The translations under genes were made by a program, and so were the position numbers. Positions 47,755 to 55,917 of a DNA stretch of 64,000 bases are shown here, piece after piece. The stretch is from an uncultured Bacteroidales bacterium (GTDB taxonomy: Bacteria > Bacteroidota > Bacteroidia > Bacteroidales > UBA4417), in contig CAIRMR010000032.1 in the NCBI GenBank assembly GCA_903879715.1, positions 11,022 to 75,021 of the forward strand. Reading direction: 5' to 3'. The notes beneath the pieces are model-generated. The model was not told the DNA's origin. It worked only from the letters and a program-made list of their open reading frames with translations, and searched no databases. Every line of letters begins with the position of its first letter. The stretch's first letter is position 1.

Positions 47755-49071
47755 TTATTTTAAATGTAAAATATCTTTGTTATTATCAATTAATTGCGTT
47801 TCCCATACCCTGTATCCCCAGGCTTCGAGCGAGAAACAGGGTGTATCGCCCATAATAACCTGCATATCAGTTAGAACATCTTTGTATTTCCCCTGGAAAC
47901 CATTGCCTGTAAAGCGGAAATCCACCTGTTCGGTGCTCAGATTCAGCACTGCCATCACTTTGTTTCCTGCGCTTTCGCGTAGAAATCCCAGCACTTTGTC
48001 ATCCCTGTCGGTAGTTAATAATTTAAAATCTGATTTAGGCTGCAAGCTCCAAAGTGCCGGATTTTGCATCCTGAGATGCGCCAGTTTCGAATACAGCACA
48101 GCCATTTTATCTTGTTTCCAGTCGATACAGTCTTTGTCGAAAAACTCAAGCCGGCGATTATTACCGGCTTCCATGCCCGAATAGATAAGTGGCATACCCG
48201 GCAGTGTAAATATCAGAACTGCAAAAGCTTCAAGAGCATGATTCAACCGTTCAATCTCCGATCCGTTCCACGAATTTTCATCGTGATTGCTGATAAACAT
48301 CATATTATCGGAGCCTTCGGGAAAATCAGTTATTTCGGAAGGTATACGCCAGCGGATTTCGTCTGCTGTATATCTGCCTTTTGCGATATCGTTCCACACA
48401 TGCATCAGGTTCCAGTTATAGAGTACATCAAAAGCTTCTACAGTAAGATCGCGCTGTTCAGCTTCGGCTAACATAAAAACAGGCTTCACTGTTTCCAATT
48501 CTTTACGTGCCGCGTTCCAGAAATCCGTTGGGACCAGCATAGCCATATCGCATCGGAATCCATCAATATTGGCCGTTTCGAGCCAGAACTTCATACTGGA
48601 TATCATCGCAACACGTAAATCCTGGTTTGAATAATCAAGATCTATCACATCTTCCCATTCCGGAAACGGAGGATGAACTTCACCGGCTTCGTTCCTGGTG
48701 TAAAACGCCGGAAATTCCTTGACCCAATTATGATCCCAGGCTGTATGATTGGCAACCCAATCGAGGATAACATACATTCCCATCGAATGAATTTCATGCA
48801 CAAGAGCCACAAATTCTTCCATTGTGCCGTAAGCGGCATCCAGTTCGCAATAATTACGGATGGAATAATAGCTTCCAAGAGTACCTTTTCGGTTTTCGAT
48901 TCCAACAGGTTGTACCGGCATAAACCAAAGTATTCCAGCACCGAGGTCCTTTAATCTTGGTAAGTGTTGCCTGAACTCTTTAATTGTGCCCCCTGGCGTA
49001 TATTGCCTGAGGTTTACTTCATATACAACCTGGTTGCGCGCCCATTCGGGGAATTTATATTTTTGACTCAC
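47755..49071 (-). CDS. GH13 alpha-amylase family glycoside hydrolase (GTG start)
   Basis: VVYEVNLRQYT, ILDWVANHT, DGFRCDMA, MLAEA and ISNHDEN conserved regions. The start codon read on the minus strand is GTG. Confidence 0.85.
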   Translation of the reverse strand: MSQKYKFPEWARNQVVYEVNLRQYTPGGTIKEFRQHLPRLKDLGAGILWFMPVQPVGIENRKGTLGSYYSIRNYCELDAAYGTMEEFVALVHEIHSMGMYVILDWVANHTAWDHNWVKEFPAFYTRNEAGEVHPPFPEWEDVIDLDYSNQDLRVAMISSMKFWLETANIDGFRCDMAMLVPTDFWNAARKELETVKPVFMLAEAEQRDLTVEAFDVLYNWNLMHVWNDIAKGRYTADEIRWRIPSEITDFPEGSDNMMFISNHDENSWNGSEIERLNHALEAFAVLIFTLPGMPLIYSGMEAGNNRRLEFFDKDCIDWKQDKMAVLYSKLAHLRMQNPALWSLQPKSDFKLLTTDRDDKVLGFLRESAGNKVMAVLNLSTEQVDFRFTGNGFQGKYKDVLTDMQVIMGDTPCFSLEAWGYRVWETQLIDNNKDILHLK

Positions 49072-49080
49072 GTTTTTGTA

Positions 49081-49270
49081 GGAGTTAGGGGTTGGGGATT
49101 AGGATTTGGGGGCGAAGGGGCGATGGGAGAAAGGAGAAAGGCGAAAGGCGAAGAGCGAAGAGCGAAAAGTTAAGTGTAAAGGTGCGAAATTGGGAAACGC
49201 TGAAACAGGAAACGCTGAAACTTGCATTTCGACTCCGCTCAGTGCACGTGAAACATCAAACCCGAAATAA
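49081..49270. repeat. low-complexity purine-rich word tract (GGGGTTAGG-type, then GGCGAAGGG/GCGAAGAGCGAA, then GAAACGCTGAAAC words)
   Basis: Read directly. Fills the whole spacer between 49071 and 49275. Confidence 0.8.
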
Positions 49271-49274
49271 TAAT

Positions 49275-49913
49275 TTACAAATGAAATATTTCTCCCGCTG
49301 TATCGAAATCAATATAGAAATCGGCCAGGCTTTTTAATGATTGTACCGCTTTATGTTCATGTGCTAGTACCTCCATCCTGAAATCATCAAGTACTTCTTT
49401 GTGCGTTTCCTTTTGCTCTTCCCAGGTATCTTCGTAAGTGAGTTCGATAAACACCCGTAAGTCGCTTTGGTTAATCCTGATGGAATATAAGCCTTCAATT
49501 ACAAGAATTTCAATTCCGTTAAAATCAGTATGTAGCTGATCGACCTTTTGCGTAAATAAATCAACCAGAGGTAAAACTGACTTTTTATTCATCCGGAAAT
49601 CGTCAATGTTATGATTGATTGTTTTCCAGTCATATTCATCATAGCCGATTTTTTCGAGGCTGTTCTTTTTTCTCCATTCCAACCGTTCGCTTGGAGGGAT
49701 ATGATAATAACTGTCCATGTGCAACAACTTCACACTTATTCCTGCTTCAATAAGTTTGCGGCCCAGCTCATGTGCTATTTCACATTTCCCGGTTCCTACT
49801 TCGCCCGAAATAGTAACTATGAATTTTGATTTGCGATCGTGGAGAACCCTGTCAAACAAAGTTGCTGCTGCATTTGTATGCTTTCTTTCAATGGTAACAA
49901 CGTCGTTTAGCAT
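49275..49913 (-). CDS. P-loop kinase (uridine kinase/phosphoribulokinase-family-like)
   Basis: Walker A-like ISGEVGTGKCEIAHEL and LHMDSYY. The assignment is tentative. Confidence 0.5.
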   Translation of the reverse strand: MLNDVVTIERKHTNAAATLFDRVLHDRKSKFIVTISGEVGTGKCEIAHELGRKLIEAGISVKLLHMDSYYHIPPSERLEWRKKNSLEKIGYDEYDWKTINHNIDDFRMNKKSVLPLVDLFTQKVDQLHTDFNGIEILVIEGLYSIRINQSDLRVFIELTYEDTWEEQKETHKEVLDDFRMEVLAHEHKAVQSLKSLADFYIDFDTAGEIFHL

Positions 49914-50258
49914 AATTGAATTTCTTTAAAAACATTCTTCATTCCCTTTTCGTTCAACAAACAACGCTAAATTTGCCGTTTTAATGAACAGTAGCAAAAT
50001 TACGATGAAAAATCCGATTTTTAGCCAATTTACTTTACCGGCAAATAGTAAAGTGAATGTAAAACCACGGAGGCACGGGGCTCAAAGAGAGCCACGGAGA
50101 AATACATAATCACAGATGAAGAATAGTCCTTATCATAGTGTTTACAACAATACAGAAGAAATTCTGGGATCAACTAATTATTCAGGAAAGTCAGAAAGAA
50201 AATACTACTCCGTGAACCTCTGTGTATTCCGTGCCTCCGTGGGAAAAGAAATCAATAC

Positions 50259-51050
50259 ATGAAAATTACAAAAAACTTAAGCGTATTTCTTCGTCTCTTC
50301 ATTATCCCGGGATTTCTTCTGCTTGTTATGCTACTTATCATAAAAGCACCCGCATGGTTCGATACTCTTTTTAACAGAAACCAGGGAAATTTGCCTCCGG
50401 TTTCATCCTTTGGAATTATCATGCCTAAAGGATATTCTGTTCATGGAATAGATATTTCAAAACACCAGGGAACAATCGACTGGGATCGTGTCAGCAAGAT
50501 GAAAAAGAATGACATCCACATTTCTTTTGCCTTTATTAAAGCTACCGAAGGTATCACCAGGCAGGATAATAAATTTGAAACAAACTGGAAATTATCCGCA
50601 CAACATGGAATACTCCGCGGAGCGTATCACTTTTATTATCCCTCGCGTAATGCGGATAAACAGGCGGATAACTTTATTAAGGTGGTTAAACTTTCGAAAG
50701 GTGATCTGCCACCGGTAGTTGATATCGAACACAGCAATGGTAAATCAGCAAAGAAAATCTGTGATGATCTGAAGGTTTTTATCGAAAGACTCGAGAAACA
50801 ATACGATGTCAAACCGATTATTTACACGAACATCAACTTTTACAACACGTATTTAATTGGCCGTTTTGATGATTACCCTTTATGGATAGCTGGTTATTTC
50901 GATCACGATAGGTTTTATAATGAATTTAAAACTCCATGGATACTATGGCAGCATAGTGAAAAAGGGAAAGTGGATGGAATTCGCGGGAATGTTGATTTTA
51001 ATGTATTTAAAGGAAGCCTGGAGAAACTGGAAAAGATAAGGATAGATTAG
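50259..51050 (+). CDS. GH25 family lysozyme (muramidase), N-terminally anchored
   Basis: GIDISKHQGTIDWDRV...FAFIKATEG...GAYHF...DIE... pattern. Confidence 0.8.
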   Translation: MKITKNLSVFLRLFIIPGFLLLVMLLIIKAPAWFDTLFNRNQGNLPPVSSFGIIMPKGYSVHGIDISKHQGTIDWDRVSKMKKNDIHISFAFIKATEGITRQDNKFETNWKLSAQHGILRGAYHFYYPSRNADKQADNFIKVVKLSKGDLPPVVDIEHSNGKSAKKICDDLKVFIERLEKQYDVKPIIYTNINFYNTYLIGRFDDYPLWIAGYFDHDRFYNEFKTPWILWQHSEKGKVDGIRGNVDFNVFKGSLEKLEKIRID

Positions 51051-51060
51051 GAGAATGTTT

Positions 51061-51230
51061 GATGTTGGAGATCGGAGGTTGGATTTCGGATGTCGGAGGT
51101 TGGATGTCGGATATCAGATGTTGGATATCGGATGTTGGATATCGGATGTTGGAGGTTGTAGGTTGAATGTTGAAACCTGGAACCTGAAACCTGAAATTTC
51201 AGAATTTGGAATTTCAAATGGCAGAAGCGG
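51061..51230. repeat. low-complexity word tract (GGATGTCGGA/GGATATCGGATGTTGGA, then GAAACCTG/TTTCA palindromic words)
   Basis: Read directly. The GTCGGATGTCGGA words recur at 38830-38850. Confidence 0.8.
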
Positions 51231-51252
51231 GCTTGAAAATCATGAACTATCT

Positions 51253-51281
51253 AAAAAAAAGGGAACCGAAGCTCCCTTTTT
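51253..51281. terminator. bidirectional intrinsic terminator between the GH25 gene and the convergent cyt c gene
   Basis: AAAAAAAAGGGAAC-CGAA-GCTCCCTTTTT. Confidence 0.6.
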
Positions 51282-51303
51282 CAATCCTACAGTATAGAAA
51301 TTA

Positions 51304-51789
51304 CTAACGCGGATCAATTACAACATCTTTAACTTCATCAACAGTAACCATTCCGCCCTTGTTACCAAAGCTATTCAGTACATAATTGATAACAGCAACT
51401 GCGCTGTCAGCGGATCCAACCTGAGGAAGCATTGGAGCCGGGTATTTGATTGTTTTATTTCCAACTTTCGCTGAACCATTCAATACCTGGGTTACAGCCA
51501 AAACTTTTGAATTAAGCAGGAATTGTGAACCAACCAGGTTTGGGAATACACTTGCTACGCCCTGACCATTAGCCATATGGCAAGTAATACATTTGCCAGG
51601 TGTTTCATAAATGGCTTTACCCATTGCCATTTGTTCAGCAGATGGAACGTTAGGATCAGCTGCTTGATCTTTAACAGCAGTGCTGTCAGTTGTTGACTGG
51701 TCGCCGGTTTTTCCGCCGCCACATGAAGTAATCATAGCAAGTCCGAAGAAGCCTGCCATTGCAAAAGCAATAAAATTTCTGGTTTTCAT
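51304..51789 (-). CDS. class I c-type cytochrome lipoprotein
   Basis: Lipobox ITSC, CITCHMANGQG, and a distal Met (PAPMLPQ). Confidence 0.75.
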   Translation of the reverse strand: MKTRNFIAFAMAGFFGLAMITSCGGGKTGDQSTTDSTAVKDQAADPNVPSAEQMAMGKAIYETPGKCITCHMANGQGVASVFPNLVGSQFLLNSKVLAVTQVLNGSAKVGNKTIKYPAPMLPQVGSADSAVAVINYVLNSFGNKGGMVTVDEVKDVVIDPR

Positions 51790-51861
51790 AGTGTTGTTGT
51801 TAATTTGTATGTAAAATTATTCATTAATGAACACAATTATCCTTTTATTTAAAAGTTTTTA

Positions 51862-52581
51862 TTAATTCGGATTGCAACATTTATGTGCTTTCTCGATAAC
51901 TGGCGTAAGTGCTTCTGCTTTAGGGCTTACATAAGGAATCCCTAATGATAAACCACGCAGAATAAAAAGAACTCCAAGCAGAACAATTACGTAAGGAGAA
52001 AGTTTATTGACAAAAATCCTCAATTTTAAGCTAATCATAGTCCCGGCAAGGGATACAGCCAGCATTACCGGAATTGTTCCGGCTCCAAACAATGCCATAT
52101 AAAGCATAGCTGAAACTACATCACCGGTATTAATTGCCCCGGCGACAGCCACATAAACCAAACCACAGGGCAATATTCCATTCAAAAGGCCAATTCCAAA
52201 CAACGAAAAAGTGCCTCCTTTTCGGAACATATTCCTGAATCCGCCTAACAAACGTGCGGAATATCCTTCAAACACATTGTTGAGTGAAGGCATTTTTTTG
52301 AAAATCAAAGGAACTACAACCATCACAATCATAAGAATACCAATAATGATGGAAGCCCATAACTGAAAGCCAGCCATATGCAAACCTTTTCCGAGCATCC
52401 CGAAAATCGCGCCAAGAATCATATACGTAATTATCCGACCGGCGTTGTACACCAATCCACCACCTACACGGGTAAACCAATTATCACTTTTAAGCGGAAG
52501 CGCCAGCGCAATGGGTCCGCACATGCCGGCACAGTGCGCGCTGCCGACTAATCCTACTATAAATGCTGTCCAGAGAAACAT
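51862..52581 (-). CDS. TauE/SafE (DsbD_2-like) family membrane protein of the cco cluster
   Basis: Polytopic. N-terminal GSAHCAGMCGPIALAL motif. This position at the end of the ccoG-fixH string is typical for Bacteroidota. Confidence 0.65.
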   Translation of the reverse strand: MFLWTAFIVGLVGSAHCAGMCGPIALALPLKSDNWFTRVGGGLVYNAGRIITYMILGAIFGMLGKGLHMAGFQLWASIIIGILMIVMVVVPLIFKKMPSLNNVFEGYSARLLGGFRNMFRKGGTFSLFGIGLLNGILPCGLVYVAVAGAINTGDVVSAMLYMALFGAGTIPVMLAVSLAGTMISLKLRIFVNKLSPYVIVLLGVLFILRGLSLGIPYVSPKAEALTPVIEKAHKCCNPN

Positions 52582-52740
52582 GTTTTTTGAGGGGTTAGGT
52601 TTTTGGGGTTAGGGATTAGGATTTAGTTTCTTTTGAGATCAAGTGTTCAAATGCTTCGCGTTTAAGGGTTCAATGCTGCGCGTTCAAGGGTTCCAGGTTT
52701 CGGAGATCTATTGCAACTTTTAATCACTTTAAACAGTTTT

Positions 52741-52846
52741 GAACAATCTTGAACAACGTTGAACTATTTAGAACAATATTGAACAACTTTGAACAACATT
52801 GAACAACTTTTAACAACATTGAACAACTTTTAACAATTTTGAACTT
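52741..52846. repeat. about 11 tandem copies of a 10-bp unit (GAACAACNTT)
   Basis: gaacaatctt gaacaacgtt gaactattta gaacaatatt gaacaacttt gaacaacatt gaacaacttt taacaacatt gaacaacttt taacaatttt gaac. Confidence 0.85.
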
Positions 52847-52850
52847 TTAC

Positions 52851-53303
52851 TTATTTATTCACTCTAAAAGTATTTTCATTCGCATATTCTTTTCCGTCCA
52901 TTTTCCAGAAAAATTTTGCAACATACTTGCCTTTGATAAACTTCTCAATCGGAACACGCTGTATCATAGATGTGTCGAACCTGATACGGTCATAAAAATC
53001 TGCATTTTCGTCGGAAGGCCTGAAAAACACAACTTCGCCCGAAATATCTTTTCCTTTCAATTCGCCGGGATACGTGATCACGAGCCCTTGCTGATCTTCG
53101 CTGATACTAATTGGGCTCGATAAGGCGTTGGCTTTAGCAAAACGATCAATCTGTTTTTGATATTCAAGTCCTTGCGGATAATATTCTTCAGTAACAAGAT
53201 CATTTTTTTGCTGAAAGCTTTTATAAATAACAAAGACATTTGCAAGCAGAAACAATGCAATAAATATGGTGATACCGGTTCCCCAGTCAAATTTTATTTT
53301 CAT
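52851..53303 (-). CDS. FixH family protein (cbb3 oxidase maturation)
   Basis: N-terminal TM helix (WGTGITIFIALFLLANVFVIY) then a beta-sandwich. 150 aa, located after ccoG. Confidence 0.65.
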   Translation of the reverse strand: MKIKFDWGTGITIFIALFLLANVFVIYKSFQQKNDLVTEEYYPQGLEYQKQIDRFAKANALSSPISISEDQQGLVITYPGELKGKDISGEVVFFRPSDENADFYDRIRFDTSMIQRVPIEKFIKGKYVAKFFWKMDGKEYANENTFRVNK

Positions 53304-53505
53304 TTGCTATTCTGTATTATCATGTTTTTCCAAAAGTACTCAAATTGATTAATCCTGCCATTCTCTATTTTCTATTTTCTATTTTCGTAAATGCTGACAG
53401 GTTTTGCAGACGCTGCCAGGTTTTCAATCCTTATTCCCTTGTCACCCCTCGCCTTGTCGCCCCTTCGCCCCTCTCCTTGTTTACTTTGTCCACTCGTTTA
53501 CCCGT

Positions 53506-54921
53506 TTACTTCCTGTCCAGAGCATTCGGCCCCACAAAAGTCGACTCTATCTCGTCCATTTCTTCGCCTCCGCTCATCACTTTAAATTCTACCTCGGTAT
53601 TCGACGATTTAAGGTCCGATTTCTTTATCAGAACAAGGAACTGCGATTCTCCAACTTCACCGTTTTTAACTACAAGAGGACCACCGACAAGTTTTATTTC
53701 ACCGTCGGGTTCATCCAGTTCCAGGTCAACCTGGAGGGTTTTCCTGGTTTTATTGATCACCTGTATCATATAAATATTACTGTAATGAAGCGAATCATAT
53801 TCCTGGAACATGGTTCCTTTCTGACGCAAAATAGTAGATTCGATTGGTGTACGGATCGAAAACAGGAATGCAATAAGAATTAATAATCCAGATAGTACAA
53901 CTGAATAAAACAGAATACGGACATTGAACCTGAGTTTTGTTTTATCTGCAATCGTCCTTTCTGATGCATAACGGATCAGACCTTCAGGTTTTTTAATACG
54001 CCGCATTACTGTATTACAGGCATCAATACATGCGGTACAGTTTATGCACTCAAGTTGTGTACCGTTGCGGATATCAATACCGGTTGGACACACCGCCTGA
54101 CAGCTTCCACATTCAACACAATCGCCTTTGTTTTTAGATGCTCGGTCTTCGAGCGGATTGTACTTGCCACGGGGTTCGCCTCGTTTATAATCATAACTGA
54201 TAACAATCGAATTTCGATCAAGCAATACTCCCTGCAGACGGCCATATGGGCATATGATGATACATACCTGTTCACGTAATTTGGCAAAAACAAAATAGTG
54301 AACGATACTGAAAGCAATTATACTTATAAAACCGACTATATGAGCTGTTGGACCGTCTGTTATAAGCGTTCCCACATAATCGATCCCGGTGATATAAGCC
54401 AGGAAGAAATGTGCTGAAATAAAGGAAATTAAAAAGAAAATCAGGTGTTTCAATCCTTTGCGCCAGAATTTATTAAAATCCAGGGGTGACTGATCCAGTT
54501 TACGCTGCTGGCTGTGATTGCCTTCGATCCAGTATTCTATCGGGCGGTAAAGGAATTCCATAAAGATGGTCTGCGGACAAATCCAGCCGCAGAATATCCT
54601 TCCGAAGATCACAGTAAACAGCACGACAAATACTATGAACGCGATCATTGAGAGAACAAACAGGTGAAAATCCTGCGGGTAAAACATTACTCCGAAAATG
54701 ATGAATTTCCTTTCCAGTATATTAAAAAGCATGAAAGGATCACCATTTACCTTAATAAAAGGGATGATAAATAAAATCGCCAACAGGACGAAGGATGTTA
54801 TCTTCCGGTAATTATAGAGTATGCCTTTAGGCTGTTTGGGATAAACCCATAACCTGCTTCCATCCTCACCTATAGTTGATTGCCTGTCACGAAAATCTTC
54901 AAATTCTTCAAACTCTTCCAT
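53506..54921 (-). CDS. ccoG: cytochrome c oxidase accessory protein CcoG (4Fe-4S ferredoxin-type membrane protein)
   Basis: TM helices, CGWICPQ, two ferredoxin motifs (CVECGSCQAVCP, CINCTACIDACN) and a C-terminal Ig-like domain. Confidence 0.85.
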   Translation of the reverse strand: MEEFEEFEDFRDRQSTIGEDGSRLWVYPKQPKGILYNYRKITSFVLLAILFIIPFIKVNGDPFMLFNILERKFIIFGVMFYPQDFHLFVLSMIAFIVFVVLFTVIFGRIFCGWICPQTIFMEFLYRPIEYWIEGNHSQQRKLDQSPLDFNKFWRKGLKHLIFFLISFISAHFFLAYITGIDYVGTLITDGPTAHIVGFISIIAFSIVHYFVFAKLREQVCIIICPYGRLQGVLLDRNSIVISYDYKRGEPRGKYNPLEDRASKNKGDCVECGSCQAVCPTGIDIRNGTQLECINCTACIDACNTVMRRIKKPEGLIRYASERTIADKTKLRFNVRILFYSVVLSGLLILIAFLFSIRTPIESTILRQKGTMFQEYDSLHYSNIYMIQVINKTRKTLQVDLELDEPDGEIKLVGGPLVVKNGEVGESQFLVLIKKSDLKSSNTEVEFKVMSGGEEMDEIESTFVGPNALDRK

Positions 54922-54940
54922 TTTGGGTATTTTTCAAGCA

Positions 54941-54981
54941 AAATTAAAAAAGGCTGTGGAGTACGGATACTTCACAGCCTT
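54941..54981 (-). terminator. intrinsic terminator after ccoP
   Basis: Minus strand reads AAGGCTGTG-loop-CACAGCCTT followed by TTTTTAATTT. Confidence 0.65.
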
Positions 54982-55050
54982 GAAATTAAATTATTTTAGT
55001 CGCATAATCGGGTAACAAAAAAACTGACCGTGAACAAGTTTAAAACTGAC

Positions 55051-55683
55051 TTAACTTATTTTCCCGTATTTAACTCCCTGCGGAGCTTTTGGATTTGGAG
55101 GATTTGTTCCCTGGAAAGTCAGGATAAAACTCAAAACCTGTTGAATTTGCGTAGGGCTTAACTGATCTTTATACGGAATCATACCTTTTTCGATAACACC
55201 AGTAATTACAACATTATACAGATTCTTTATTGAAATTGTATTGGTTGTTGAATCTCCATGAATCCAGTACTCATCCGTAAAATTAGGTCCTACTAATCCC
55301 TGTCCTTGTGGGCCATGGCAGGCAATACATATTTTTTTATATGTTGCTTCCCCGGCAGCCAGATCGGCAGCAGCAGTAAGGGGAACCATGTTTGCAATGT
55401 CAACTACAGGTTCAGGGTTAGCTTTCTTCAGATCAGCCACTACCGACATTTCATTTGCATATTCAGCTTCCTGCAGTGGCCACCATTTGGTAACATGATA
55501 TCCCAGCATGTAAACTATTGCAAAAATAATTGTAGCATAAAACAAGTATACCCACCAGCGCGGCAATTTGTTGTCGAGTTCCCTGATGCCATCGTATTCA
55601 TGACCTCCCAGATAACGATCTTTGGTTAGTTCGTCAATTTCGGGTTCTCCCTGATGCAATTTGTTTTCATCTATATTGCTCAT
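55051..55683 (-). CDS. ccoP: cbb3-type cytochrome c oxidase subunit III-like (CcoP, monohaem form with FixP_N domain)
   Basis: HEYDGIRELDNKLPRWWVYLFY N-terminal domain and a single CIACHG. Confidence 0.8.
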   Translation of the reverse strand: MSNIDENKLHQGEPEIDELTKDRYLGGHEYDGIRELDNKLPRWWVYLFYATIIFAIVYMLGYHVTKWWPLQEAEYANEMSVVADLKKANPEPVVDIANMVPLTAAADLAAGEATYKKICIACHGPQGQGLVGPNFTDEYWIHGDSTTNTISIKNLYNVVITGVIEKGMIPYKDQLSPTQIQQVLSFILTFQGTNPPNPKAPQGVKYGKIS

Positions 55684-55707
55684 ATGTCTTTTTTTTCTAT
55701 GTTTAAC

Positions 55708-55899
55708 TTACGCCTCATTGGATTGATAATTTTCGTCCTTTTCGAAAGGCAATTTACCGCATTCCTGTTCTTTGCTTTTCTTCATGGTAAGCGTATGAAT
55801 CGCTACAGCTGTAAAGAATAAAACAAAAAGGGCAAGTGCAATGATGGGGAACCAGTAAATTCCCTCAATACTATCGAATACGCGTGAAACTATTCCCAT
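55708..55899 (-). CDS. ccoQ: CcoQ/FixQ-like small membrane subunit
   Basis: 63 aa with a single TM helix, located between ccoNO and ccoP. Confidence 0.6.
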   Translation of the reverse strand: MGIVSRVFDSIEGIYWFPIIALALFVLFFTAVAIHTLTMKKSKEQECGKLPFEKDENYQSNEA

Positions 55900-55917
55900 G
55901 ATGTGCTTTCAGTTTAA

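Noticed and set aside
49092-49337. 81-aa ORF (and the 69-aa ORF at 48964) rich in G/R/K/E repeats, plus the 80-aa ORF at 51055..51297
   Set aside because: All are translations of purine-rich word tracts (GGCGAAGGG and GGATGTCGGA words). They overlap real gene ends and have no plausible start context.
50259-51050. GH25 lysozyme (with the Imm_superinfect-like gene at 1827) as evidence of a prophage or defence island
   Set aside because: No capsid, tail, terminase, integrase, holin or recognisable defence genes flank either gene. The two genes are 48 kb apart and embedded in housekeeping context.
53345-53883. Three overlapping + strand ORFs (142, 64 and 159 aa)
   Set aside because: They start in low-complexity spacer sequence and then run antisense to the well-supported ccoG gene. 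They have Pro/Ser/Leu-rich composition with no motifs.
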